From the NCBI GenBank assembly GCA_028534125.1, contig CM052818.1:30878001-30942000 (forward strand): a DNA stretch of 64,000 bases, written 5' to 3'. The position numbers and the translations under genes are program-made. This stretch comes from Lama glama (taxonomy: Eukaryota). Within the stretch, counting starts at the first letter, position 1. Each line of letters starts with the position of its first letter. This document shows, piece after piece, positions 51,381 through 63,970 of this stretch. The notes beneath the pieces are model-generated. The model was not told the origin of the DNA. It saw nothing but the letters and a program-made list of their open reading frames with translations, and made no database searches.

Positions 51381-51604
51381 CTTTTAAGGTGCACATTTGG
51401 GATCAGATGCAGTCTTAATAGGGCTGTCTGTGGAAGGCTGTTCTCTACCCTTCTGTCAGCCTCAGAAGGCTTTGGATGGACCCTATACAGCATTAGTGGC
51501 CCAGATAACCTACTTGGGTTTATCTTTTCTGATCTTGTTTCTGGCTTCAGCTGAATGACATCATCTCTTAGAACACAGCCACCTGCATTCTCTGCCTGCT
51601 GAGA

Positions 51605-52055
51605 AATCAAGTGTCTGTTGACAGATGAATGGATAAAGAAAATGTGGCTTATATATACAATGAAATGTTATTCGGCTATAAAAAAGATGGAAATCCTGTC
51701 ATTTGTGACAACATGGATGAACTTGGAGGATATGATGCTAGTGAACCAGACCTAGAAAGAGAAATACTGCATGATCTCATTTATATGTGGAATATAAAGT
51801 AGTCACACTCATAGACGCAAAGAGTAGAATGGTGGTTGATTATCAGGGGCTGTGGGGAGGGGAAAGGGGGATAGATGTTGGTCAAAAGGTACCCAGTTTT
51901 AGTTATGAAGGATGAAGAAATTCTAGAGATCTGATGTGCAGCGTGGTGACTCGAGTTAATAATTCTGTATTATATACTTGAAATTTGCTAAGAGAGTAAA
52001 TCTTAATTGTTCTCACCAAAAAAGGGTAACTTGGTAAGGTGATGGGTATGTTAGA
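51605..52055 (+). mobile_element. L1MA-type 3' fragment
   Basis: ACAGATGAATGGATAAAGAAAATGTGG...CTTGAAATTTGCTAAGAGAGTAAATCTTAA...GGTGATGGGTATGTTA. Confidence 0.85.
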
Positions 52056-52635
52056 AAAGACCTGCAAAGAAAGAAAGGACCTGCATCTTTCAAGCTGAAA
52101 CAGGTGCTCTCTAGTTTTGTTTTCTAGGACTTGGAACATAAATACATTTGCTGTTCATACAGTTCTAATTGAATAGAATCATAACATTTTAGGATTGGAA
52201 AGAAAATAGCGATTTCCTAGTCTCATCCTGAAACTAACTCTTTAATGTAAAAGTTAACTGATTTGCACAGGTCACAAGCCTGCGACAAGAAACCATGTCC
52301 TCTGAATCTTCCAGAATAGGATGTTTCCTGTAATAAATCATGCCTGGATTTGAGTAATTTCTCCTCTTAGTCTTCCTCTTTTGGAAAGTAATGATTTTTT
52401 AAAACTTTTTTCCATATAAAAACATCTAACTTTTGTTCACATACTTATACTAAAAACTTAACTGGGCTCCTGTATTTTATCTGGCAATCTTGTTTTCCCC
52501 CGGTCTTCAGGGTAATGTGTTTTATGTGGTTTCCCATGGTATTTCTAAGGTGTTGAGTAATCCATTTTATTCTTGAGTAACATTTTCACAGCACATTCTA
52601 CTCTTCTGTTTGGTTTCGTTAAAAAAATCATTTTG

Positions 52636-53189
52636 TATATAGAAAAGCAATAGATTACTATATGTGAATCTTGTATTCTGCAACTTAACTGAACTCATTT
52701 ATTCTCATTTTTTGGTAGAGACTTTAGAGTTTTCTATATATACTGTCATGTCATCTATAAATAGTGAGTTTTATTTCTTCCAATTTGGATGCCCTCTGTT
52801 TCTTTTTCTTGTCTGATTGTTGTGGCAAGGACTTCAAATACTATGTTAAATATGGTAAGAGTGGGTATCCTTGTCTTGTTTCTGATTTTAGAGGAAAAGC
52901 TTTCAGCTTTTCACCATTGAGTATGATGTTAGCTGTGGGTTTGTCATAAATGGCCTTTATTATAATGAGATATGTTCCCTCTGGACCAGTGTTGTTGAGA
53001 GTTTTTATCATGAATGGGTGTTGAATTTCACCAAATGCTCTAATAATGAAGTGTCAGAAAGAAAAAGCAAAACAACCGCATTTATAAGCACTACAAAAAG
53101 AATAAAATACATCAGAATAAATTTCACCAAGGAGGTGAAAGACCTATACTCTGAAAACTGTAAGACTCTGATGAAGGAAATTGAAGACA
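52636..53189. mobile_element. L1 ORF2 RT fragment, inverted and 3'-truncated, with perfect 15-bp TSD
   Basis: Antisense RT segment at 52636-53039, sense segment at 53040-53189 (NNEVSERK...KEVKDLYSENCKTLMKEIED); TSD AAAAAAATCATTTTG at 52621-52635 and 53190-53204. Confidence 0.88.
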
Positions 53190-55489
53190 AAAAAAATCAT
53201 TTTGAGCAGCTCTGATTTTTGCCCCATGCACCATTTTCATTAACATGCACCACCACATCCTTTCGAGGAGGGATCCTGATGCCTGCAAAGCCCATGCCTG
53301 CCTAAGCCAGCCTGTGTGGCACCAGGTTGCAGGGAATCCAGGTGCTGGAGGCTGGAGTGGATCACTGAGTGCCCAGCCTGGTCTTCCAGGGAAGCAGCAA
53401 GAGGGCCCAATATCAGGGTGACCACCAGAGGGAGTTGCTATTATGGAGACCGAGTGACATGAATCTCACTGTGCCTGGAATGGGAGATCTAGACCCTGCC
53501 TGATTAGGGAAGTCAGTGGACAGCTCATGCTGAAACAGCCAATTTGCCGCTTGATGGGAGCCTCACCTGGAAGCCAATTAACCCTAGATGCGTGGCTGTC
53601 TAATTGAAGAAGCAGCTCTTCCTGGCCATCTTCTTCCCTCCAGATGTGGAGCCTGGGCTGTGGCTCTTGGTTTAGACAAGCTGATTTCCCAAAGGTGTGG
53701 CCACCTGAGCCAAATACCATGGCGTGCATTTCTATTTCTTATTTCTTTATGTTTTTGCAGATTGAAAATGGTCTACAGCTGAGGTCTAGGCTGACCCACC
53801 TCTGAAAGCAGCCCTAGCACCCCAGCAAAGCTCCCCTGCTCTCCCTCCGAGGCCCTGAGATGGGCCTGCACAGCAGCAGACCTGCCTGTGCAGCTTCCTG
53901 CTGCTGCGGACCTGAAGTGCCTGAGTTTGCAGCTCTTTGTTCCTCTGATCTATGAACCAGCCCTGCCTTGCCCTGCTCTCCAGCATCCAAGTTCTCCCCT
54001 CCCGTATCTTATCCCGTGTCTGATCTCACGTGCCCGTGCCCTTCCCTGTTGCTCATCCTGGTGGCCTCACCATGCTGTCCAGCTTCTGAACCTTTGCCAC
54101 AAGTGACCACTGTCCTGAGTGGGCCGCATGGCCCCCAGGAGCCAGGACCTGAGAGCTCCTTGGTCCTGGCTGTGCTGCAGGGCTGGCCCCAAGAGAGCTC
54201 ACTGCAGGGTGAGTGGGCTGATTTGATTGGGGTCCCAGGAGTGGGAAGAGAAACCTTTAGTAGGCCAGATCTGCCCAGGATTGCTTTGATGAGAAATTCT
54301 GATTCAGACCCATTATTCTGAAGTCGTTAATTGGCTTTAACTCTGGATGCAACTCTCCGGTAACCTTTAAAACAATAGGATTTTCTTATCAATCTGTGTG
54401 CCTTTAATAAGGGAAGGGCTGATTAAGGCAGGAGTGGGGGGCAAACCAGGTGCACTTATGATTGTCTAATGTTATCAAGCCTAATTACCATTTTCAAAGC
54501 CCTGCTGAAATTTGAAAGTTGTCGAGTCGGATGATTACCATTCAAGTTTTCTCCTTCTAACAAGCCTGAACTTTCTCTGCCATAGCTTAGCCTGATGCTT
54601 TTTGACGATCGTCCCTATTGACTAATGAGTGTAATTGGCTCTGGCCTTTTTTTCCGGGCTCCTCATTTCCAGTCTCCGCTGGAGCCAGTCTTTTCCCAAG
54701 ATTACCCCCATCCCTTCACTTTTGCTCCTGCATTGTCACCTCTGGCATGATGTAGCAATGTCCTTAGCTCCTGACTTGAGCCTCTTGTTCTGCCCTGGTC
54801 TCTCCTGTACCCAGGGTGGTGTTGGACAACTCCATCTGTGACCTGGTACACATTTCCCCATGGGCACAATGTGACAAATCTTGATCTAGTTCCTCGGCCC
54901 ATCCGCCCTAGCCTCTTAACGTAGACTGGAATGGAGATGCGATGCTCCTGCGGTGGAAAATAGGCAGTGCTGGGCTACCCTGCTTGTTATGGGATGAGAC
55001 CCAGGGTGATGAGCTCAAGAGAGAAATGTGGGTATTTTGCTGGTGCTCAGGGAAAAGTCTGTTTAATTAAAGACAGATAAGGACGTAAATTAAGATTTCT
55101 GGGGATTGTGCAAGGGGACTTCTGGGCACTTGCAATGTCATTATTGGATGATAGAACTGTTTATTATTCTAAATTTTATCTTACAACTTAGCCTCTCATT
55201 TGCCTTCATAAAGGAACTTAGACTTATCAAACAAGATTAGTGAGCATCTTTGGAGATTTGTAAGAGGAATGGAAATGGGGAAAGAGATATTTAGAGAGAA
55301 GGGAAATGTTTTTCCTGAGATAATTGAAGGGAAAAGAAGGATAGATGTTAAGTAGGGAAACAGATGTGAAAATGGAGAGAGGGAAACTGCCTGAGCTGTG
55401 GGGGTGAAAGATGGGCGTGTGTACTGGATTTCATAGCCTCCTTGAGGGATAGAGGTGAGAACTTGCAGCTTGTAGTTCAGACGAGGTCC

Positions 55490-55695
55490 TTTATATTCGG
55501 ACAGTGCTGGAGTACTCACTTTTGTGGCTGTTGGGCATGTCATGTAACATAAACTCTTTGTACTCTGTTTTACTAACTGTAAAATGGGTCTAACAATGCC
55601 CACCTCTTAGCATTGTGAGAATCAGAGGAGCCGATGTCTGTGATAGCTTAGCATAGTATCCAGCATCTCTAATCAACAGAAGCTGCAATTATTAT
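55490..55695 (+). mobile_element. MIR SINE
   Basis: CTGTTTTACTAACTGTAAAATGGG...ACCTCTTAGCATTGTGAGAATCA...GCTTAGCATAGT. Confidence 0.75.
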
Positions 55696-56339
55696 AAGAA
55701 TTGTTACTATAATAATATAAATTACAGGAGTAATCATTAGTGCTGACATCACAAGGGATAGGGTGGCATTGTGCAGAATTCAGCACTTGTATAGGACACT
55801 TGAAAGTAGAGTCTGTAAGTTTGGCTGGGGCTACGACCATCGAACTACCTTAGGTGACCTTGGGTTCACCTTGGCCATTCCCATTTATATCTTGTGTCCC
55901 AGTGCAGTTATTAGCTGTGCTTTAATTCTTTCATTCTTAAGAGTGTTCCAGTGTGGATGACAAATCCTACAGCTACCCTGCATGCGGTTCTTACTGTCTA
56001 AACCAGTGAGACAGTATTATTGCGTTATTCGTTGTTTCCTGTTTTCTCAAACAGATCATGAGTTTTTTGAGGCCACTCTGTACACTTGTTTGTGTAAATC
56101 TGTGTATATGCACGTACACACACCCCTAGTACTTCTTTTGTGTTTGTATCTGCTCATCACATAGAGATACAGTACCCTTGTTTTGCTTCAGAGCGGAGAT
56201 CATTCATCTAAGATTTCCCTGTCTCCTCCACGAGAACGCAGCCTCCAAGGGGGCAAAGGCTTTGTTAGGTTTCTTGACCACTATATCCCCCGTGCCTAGA
56301 TCCACACCTGCACACAGCTGGCATGCAACAAATGTATTT

Positions 56340-57080
56340 ATTTAAGCCCCATCTTTATAATGAAGTGCATGTCACAGGCCAGGCACAGGGCTTATTTATG
56401 TCTCTAGATCTTGTCAAAACCCCATGGAGTGAGTCCTATTAATATTCCTGTTTGGCAGATGAGGACCCTGAAGCATCGAGTGGTTAAATANNNNNNNNNN
56501 NNNNNNNNNNNNNNNNNNNNNNNNNNNNNNNNNNNNNNNNNNNNNNNNNNNNNNNNNNNNNNNNNNNNNNNNNNNNNNNNNNNNNNNNNNNNNNNNNNNN
56601 NNNNNNNNNNNNNNNNNNNNNNNNNNNNNNNNNNNNNNNNNNNNNNNNNNNNNNNNNNNNNNNNNNNNNNNNNNNNNNNNNNNNNNNNNNNNNNNNNNNN
56701 NNNNNNNNNNNNNNNNNNNNNNNNNNNNNNNNNNNNNNNNNNNNNNNNNNNNNNNNNNNNNNNNNNNNNNNNNNNNNNNNNNNNNNNNNNNNNNNNNNNN
56801 NNNNNNNNNNNNNNNNNNNNNNNNNNNNNNNNNNNNNNNNNNNNNNNNNNNNNNNNNNNNNNNNNNNNNNNNNNNNNNNNNNNNNNNNNNNNNNNNNNNN
56901 NNNNNNNNNNNNNNNNNNNNNNNNNNNNNNNNNNNNNNNNNNNNNNNNNNNNNNNNNNNNNNNNNNNNNNNNNNNNNNNNNNNNNNNNNNCTGAAGCATC
57001 GAGTGGTTAAATATTTTGTCCAAGATCCTACAACTGATTCATGTTGGAGCCGGGGTTTTTGACTCCAGATCAGAGCTGTT
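56340..57080 (-). mobile_element. MIR SINE spanning the assembly gap
   Basis: CAGATGAGGACCCTGAAGCATCGAGTGGTTAAATA before the gap continues as TTTTGTCCAAGATCCTACAAC after it. Confidence 0.75.
56491..56990. other. Assembly gap (500 N)
   Basis: Run of exactly 500 N. Confidence 0.99.
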
Positions 57081-57788
57081 AGATCCTATTCTTGGGTGAC
57101 CCTTGCTGCCATCACTAAGCAACTGGGGGAAGGGTTTTCCCAGCAGAGAATGCCTGGCCCCTGCAGTTCCTGGGTTTTCCTCTGAGCTCGGGTGTTTTTC
57201 TTACTCACATTTTCTTCCGTGTACCCAACACTCAGATGTTTAAGTGCAAAAGGCAGTTTATCATCATATGTGGAGAATGTAGGGCTCAAATAAGACCCGT
57301 AGACAATTAGCAAGGCCAGAGCAGGGCAGAGGCCCCGTGTGGTCATGACAGGAGCCCGGCATGGTGGACCTCTGGCACATCTCTGTCTGGGGTCCTCCTG
57401 TGCATAGCTTCCCTCACCATCTGGCCCCATCTTCAGGGCTGAGGGGAAGTCCCCTTGTCCCATGCACTGAGTGCAGGGTCCTATTGGAGGGACCTCATCT
57501 GTGGCAGGACTGGATGTCCTCCAGGTCTCCTTTTGCTGCAGGAATCCAAGTCTGTGGGTCTGTGAGTCCACTAAGGGAGAAGCCGAGGAAGGCAGAATTT
57601 TCCAAGCAAACTGGAGCAGTGGGCTGTGAAACAGGATGGAAAAGTGAAGAAGAGAAGCAGGGCAGAGAGAGGACAAGAGAGGACAGGCCAGGGGACCAGA
57701 AGAGTGAGGATGAGAGAGAAGAAATCAATGAAGGAACAATGAAATAAAAGGACGGGAGCAGGCAGGGGAAATATGTATTTGGCATATT

Positions 57789-57794
<6 letters not shown>

Positions 57795-57831
<37 letters not shown>
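57795..57831. repeat. (TG)n-(AG)n compound microsatellite
   Basis: Visible directly in the sequence. Confidence 0.95.
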
Positions 57832-60540
57832 CCAAGAGAGAAAAATAAAGTGGGTGAAGGAAGGAGACTGGAAGTGGGGGAGGGGAGTGAGCACCTTGGA
57901 GCCCGAGCCACCCCCGCTCCTCCTCCCCTCCCTTCCCTAGCCCCTTGCCCAGTGCAGGCTGATGGTCACACCTCCCGTCCATCCTTCCAACTGAAGTGCT
58001 CCTCTCTGCCCCGGGTTGGCGTGTTCTTCCACATGTCTCTGTCCCACCTCCCTTTTCACCAACCCCCATTCCCTCTTCTCCCACACATGGTGGCCCCTGA
58101 GTGTGGTCCTCGCCATCCCTGGGTGACATCTCCACTGGGGTGGCTCAGCACCTCCAGTTGGAATGCTGTGTCAGGGCAGCCCCCAGGCACAGCCGGCTTC
58201 CTGGGCCTGCGGCTCCGGCAGCTGCACATGGGACTGTGCTGGGTTTCAAGTCTGCCGTTACTGTCTTGAAATTGGAAATGATTTTTGATCGAGAAGGCTG
58301 CACTTTTTCTTTGCACTGGGCCCTACCAGTGACATAGCCAGTCCTGCCTCAGAGCCTAGAAGCCCACCAAGGGGTCTGATGGACAGAAGAGACACCAGCA
58401 TTCAGAGGAGGGTAGAGGTGAGAGGAAGAGTCCCAAACACACCACTTGAGGTGAGGAGGAGGAGGGCTGGGGAGCAGCTCGGAAGCCGTGGGGCAGGTTC
58501 CTGGGACCGGGTGAGCCAGGTTGTCCTGTGCAGCAGGAGAGGCAGCCAGGGATGCAGAGAGTCAGAAGCTCTAGGCCTCAGCCCTGTGTGGGTTGGGGGG
58601 GAAAGGAGCTGGAACGGCTGCAGTGAGGAAGGAGATGTCATTTGACACCAATTTCTGAACGAAGCTTCTCTGTCTACCCTCCGTTTTAGATCCAAGTGGC
58701 TGACCTTGAAGCCATCGGCTCTCCGTTACACTCCGGTGTCCTCTGGACTTGGTTCAGGAGACAGCTGCAGAAGCACAAGTCCAGGGAGAACTCAGGGTCA
58801 TGGTGGGCATCCTTGGTTGATCCTGGTTCTACTTTTCTCCAAGTCCAAGGGAGGCCCTGGCATCTCTCTGCCAGTAAAGATGGCCCTGACTGCTCCTGCA
58901 AGCATGTGCCCAGCCCCAAGTAGGCCCCCCATCCCTCCCTCAAACATCAAGCCCACACTTCCAGATCTGCATTTTTGCATTTGGGCAGGGGATCTTGGAT
59001 GGCTCTACTAACTCAGTATGATCTGGGCATTTGCCACACACTGGAGTTTGGATGTGCCTGAAAAAAAAATTCAGACTCCTTGATGTAGGATTTCAAATTA
59101 AAATTAGAAACGTGGTTCACAGCATTGCTTGTTTCGGCTGCAATGGCTCATGGCTGTCAACTGCTTCCCCTCGAGCGCTCTGATAAATTGCTGCTGCGGG
59201 GTTTTCGGGCTGGTCGAAAATGGATGAATCACGGGGCTTTGGGGGCCTACCTGCAAGCCTGTGAAATATAGGGTGAAACAGGAGGTGGAAGGAGATGGCC
59301 TTTGAGTCAGGGCCCCACCAAGGGTACAGAAGCGCCTCTGTGTCTGAGAACAGGACCTCCTGGCCAAGAGCTGCGTGGTGTTGCCGTATCTAGGTTCCTT
59401 CTGTCTCCAGAGGGATGTTAGGACCTAAATGGTCCCCTTTCTAGCCCTCAAACTGATGTCCTAGGTTTGTTTCTGGGCTCCTTTCAGGATTGTGGACAAG
59501 CACTAGGTGCATTCTGAATTTCCACCTGGCACTTGGCGAGTGAGTGGCTGTGTGGGGCAGTCCCTGGTTAATGTGGGATGGAGGCTGGAATCTGGGTTTG
59601 CGCTGAATGTCCTGGGACTTCACTCTGGTGGTTTGTCTCCTTCCTCCCAGAGATTCTTGGAGGATGCTCTGTGGAACTCAAAGGAGAGGTATAAGTGGGT
59701 GGAGGAAGGATTGTGGCTTGGCTGCTGGTTGCTGATTAAGCCATTCTCCTTTTCTTTTACTAGCTTTGGGCCGGTGATGTTGGAGCTCTCTTCTTCCTGT
59801 CACAGCGCCTGCTTCTCACTGAGCGGGGCTGTTCATCACCCATCGGGATGGGGGAGACAAATGACAGCAGTTACGTGAACTGAGGAGGATTAGATAAAAC
59901 CAAAGAGCTATCACACACAACAGTGGACAGTCATTTAAGAGGAAATCCATCTCATTGTTGGCCTGAGGCCTCTTGGGAAGAAAAAGACATCTTCCTATCT
60001 TGAGTTTGGTTTTTATTGCCAGGGGTCAGCTTCCAGGAAGCTCGCTTGGGCCCTGCTCCTGCAGCAAACTCTCCCAGGCTCTGGAGACACATTGCCTGGG
60101 GTCACACTCAGGGTCTGCCCGTCCTCCGGTGGGACATCACATTTAACCTGGGAGAGTCTATGTCCTCCTTTGTAGAGAGCAGATAATAAAAGTGTTTCCT
60201 TTATAGGGCAGTCGTGAAGGATAAAGGAGGGGATGCAAGCCAAGTGCTTAGGACATAAGTCGGCTGCAATCAGTGATACGTATGACAGACGGGGCAGATG
60301 CTGACTGTCTAACCTGACCATAGACAGATACCCTCTAATAAATACAGGCCCTCTCACCTCCCTGCTGGGGCCTTGTGGTAAATAACCCTGAGAATGTTTA
60401 ATGCTACTTCTGAGATACCTTCTCCCTGTCTTTCTCCAGAAAGGAAGACAAAGGGGATGACCCAGCATTTTTATTATTTTAAAATAGCTTTTTTTTAAAA
60501 ACATAGGGTTTTATTTGCAATATATTTCAATGGATGATTT

Positions 60541-60645
60541 CTTTCTTTTTTTTTAAATTAAAATACAGTCAGTTACAATGTGTCAATTTCTGGTGTATAG
60601 CATAATATTTCAATCATTCTTAGACATGTATATATACATTTTTTA
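60541..60645 (-). mobile_element. Short artiodactyl-type L1 3' end at the tail of an older L1MB
   Basis: T tail then CAGTCAGTTACAATGTGTCAATTTCTGGTGTATAGCATAAT, matching the 36585 copy. Confidence 0.75.
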
Positions 60646-60654
60646 AAAATGTTT

Positions 60655-61065
60655 ATGAACCATAAAACCTACCCGTAGAAAGTATACAATTCAGTGTTTC
60701 AGTGTATTCACAAGGTGTACGAGCATCACCTAAGATAATTTTAGAGCATCTTCGTCCCCCCAGAGGAAACTGTACCCAGGAGCATTCATGCCCCATGCCC
60801 CTCACCCAGCCCCTGGCAACCACTGATCTAGTCTGCCTCTATGGATTTGCCTCTAATGGAGAGTTCATATGGATGGACCTGTACAATCTGTGGTCCTTTG
60901 TGACTGGCTTCTTTCACTTAGCATAATGTCTTCAGGGTTTATCCACGTTGTAGCATAAATGGACTTCATTCCTTTTAATTGGGGAATAATATTCCTGCGT
61001 ATGGCTGTACCTCATTTTGTTCACCCATTCGTCGGTTGGTGGGTGGTTTCCACTTTATTGTGAAG
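60655..61065 (-). mobile_element. L1MB-type 3' fragment
   Basis: CCAGCCCCTGGCAACCACTGATCT...TGGTCCTTTGTGACTGGCTTCTTTCACTTAGCATAATG. Confidence 0.85.
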
Positions 61066-63179
61066 ATAACCCAGCCTCATCTGAAACACCTAGGGGTCCC
61101 ACTGCCATCCTGGGCTGCCAGGGCTGGGGGTGAGTGGCTGTGAGCTGGAAGGTGGCCAAGTCTCTTGTTTGCATCCTCTGCAGTTGGGAGGGGAACAGGG
61201 ATAGCCCTGCACCTTTCGTAATTCTAATTTAAAGTCAATGTGCCATTAGTTAGGGGCCAGCCCTTTGTCTTCCTTTGGAATCAGCCAGAACCCAGGTGCC
61301 TGCAGGGGTGGGCCCCACAGTCATGCACAGAGGCTCCAGTCTAGGGGTTGACTTAGAGCCTCTTTCTGGGCAGAGCTGGCAGCAAGATGGGTAGTGGAGT
61401 CTCCTGAAGTTTGTTGCTGGTGCAGGTGGGGAGACTCCACACCCACAGGAAGACAGAGTGGACATGAGGTCGAGGCACTGTGTCCCCAGCCTTTCTGCCT
61501 GCATCTCCCCCAGATCTCAGCTCATGGGAACAGTCCTGCTGTGCATGTCCAGACTACCTGGATGTGGCTCAGACGAAGGGTGACTTTGAGTGGGTCACTG
61601 AGCCCCAGTCCTTGTCTGAAAAATGGGGTGAGTCATGCCCACTTCCTAAAATGTTAATGAAAATGCAGCGAGCTGATTGTAGCGGGAGGAGAGAAAGCCC
61701 TGTGTCAATATGGAGGGTGATTTTTATTGCAGGAGTAGGTCTGGGCCCCCCTGCCCTCCCTTTCCAATAGGATAGACCACCCCGTCTTTGAAGCTGGGTA
61801 AACTGAGACCTGGAAGGCAACAGGGGTTGCCTCAGAGCTGGGGACCCTGACCAGTTTCACAACAGATCCATGCACCTGTGGACGCCCCTCCTTCCTGAGC
61901 AAATGTATCTGCCTGTCATAAAACCGGCTGGAGGAGGACCTTAGGGGAGGAGCTCAGTATTCTGTAAGTCCTGGGGATGCGGTGAAGAAAGCCCACGTGT
62001 CCATGGTTCTGCACCTCTGTGCTCACCAAGACGGGGGCCTCTACGCCTTCTGTTGACCCCAGTGGGGACACTGCTCCTACCTCTGGACTCCCCGTGTGGC
62101 TACAAGTCCGGGATCCTCAACCTTCTTCCTCTCGGGTAAAGAGCGAATCTGCTCACCGTGGACCGGAGGGAGGAAGAGTCCGAGCAGATAAAGTAGTCCC
62201 CGAGGGAAGGATGCCGCCACAACCTCTGGGGTCAGAAAGAGGAGATCCTTGGCAGGATGGGAGGATGGTACCATCCAGCTGCATCACTGGTGTTGCTGAG
62301 TTTGGGCTTCCTTTGCTAAAGGGGATTCGGGCTGGTGTCGGAGCGAACTCGCACGTGGGCGAGGTGGGCATGTGGTCAGTGTGCCTCCCAGCCTTCCCTC
62401 TTTCTAGGCCAGATCAGGCCTCAGAATTAAGTTTTCCCCAGCAGGGGCAGCTTCCCACTGACTTAATTTCTCTTTTATGTGTCTGGAGCATGGCCCAGCT
62501 TGAGGGGCCAGCTTGGAGAGGAACCGTCTGTGCAGTGGCGGGGCAACTCCCTGTCCACCTGCTGCCCAGCCCCGGAGGTCACCCGCGCTCCGGATCTTCG
62601 CAGAAACCGATATTTGCAGCCGATTTTATCTTTCCGCCGGGATCTTTGGGATGACGATGTTTTGGCCGAGATGTTGTTCCTGTCCAATGCATGTCAGCAT
62701 TTCTGAGGGGAAGCTCTCTAATTAAAGGCTTCCCTGCATGGCCCACTCCCTGTTCACTAAGCTCGAGTGACATAAATAAGCCCCTTGTTTCTCTTAGCCC
62801 AGCAAATCGAGACCCTTAAAGGTGGCTGAATGCCACCTCCCCCAGCCCCACCCCCTCGCGACCACAAGGAGTCCCGGACAGAGCCGGTGAATAATGGCTG
62901 CTGTCCAAGCCTCAGCCTCGCTCCCCTAGCTTCTGACAGGCTCCTGGGTGCTTTACAGCAGGGGAGGGTGTTATGAATTTTCCCTCCGTCTCCCTCTGAC
63001 TGTGCGTCTCTGGCCCCTGGGGTGGTCTAAAAGCGGCTCAGCTGAGGAGTCAGTTGATGAGAAGCATCTTACAGTGGGCACACACAGAATGGAACCTCCA
63101 GATCGATGGGAAGGGGCAACAGGGTCCTGGGAAGGGGGCATCTGCCGTGTGGTGTCCTGCTCTGGACCCCACCTTGCAG

Positions 63180-63345
63180 CTCTGATCTCATCTCTCTCAC
63201 ATAGCAACCCTGCGAGCAAGCTAAGGAAAGGGAGGCTCAGAGAAGTTGAGCGACTTGCCCTAGGTCACACAGCTAGGGAGAGGCTAGGGCAGGGATTTAA
63301 ATCCTGTGCTGAAGGCCCATGCTCTGGTCATCGTGCTCTACTGCC
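63180..63345 (-). mobile_element. MIR SINE
   Basis: GAGGCTCAGAGAAGTTGAGCGACTTGCCCTAGGTCACACAGCTAG...GGATTTAAATCC. Confidence 0.8.
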
Positions 63346-63809
63346 TTTCTGGGCAGTTTATGGGGCTATTTGGCACAAATGTGTCAGAGCTGGAACTCGT
63401 GACCTCTGCCCTGGTGTTCCACTTCTCCTGAGCAGCCAGGGCAGATTTGCAGGACACCCAGGATTTGTTGGGCACCTGGGGAAGACATGTAGAAGGGTTG
63501 GTTGTGGTCTTCTCAAAGCAGGAGGTCCCCAGTGCAATTTGAATGTGATTCCTTTCACGATGCTTCAGTCACACATCATTTAAAAAATTCAACATGGTGA
63601 GCAGGACCTGTAAATCTGAGACTCAGGAGGGAATGTTGCCAAATTGATGGGGCTGGAGTGTGTGTAGCAGTATTCACCCATCCCAGACCTTCCTCCTGGC
63701 CTTTTATGGGTTCTGGCTAACCCCCTCCAGCACCCTCTTGATTGCGGCTGCATCTTGTCCACTGAGATTTGCTAGGCACTGAGCTGTGTGTTTTACCCAG
63801 AGCATTGCC

Positions 63810-63970
63810 TTTGCCTTAATTCTTACCACTTTTCTGAAAATTATTCTCCCCATTTTTCCTATGCATGAAATGGAGCCAGAGAGTCTATGGACTTGCCTAA
63901 GTTCACACAGCTTTGAAATAGAAGGGAGGGATCTGGGCTGACTCAGTGCGATGCTTTTCCCACGATTATC
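63810..63970 (-). mobile_element. MIR SINE
   Basis: TTATTCTCCCCATTTT...GACTTGCCTAAGTTCACACAGCT. Confidence 0.7.

Noticed and set aside
56411..57023. 199-aa and 179-aa ORFs
   Set aside because: Artefacts of translating through the N gap.
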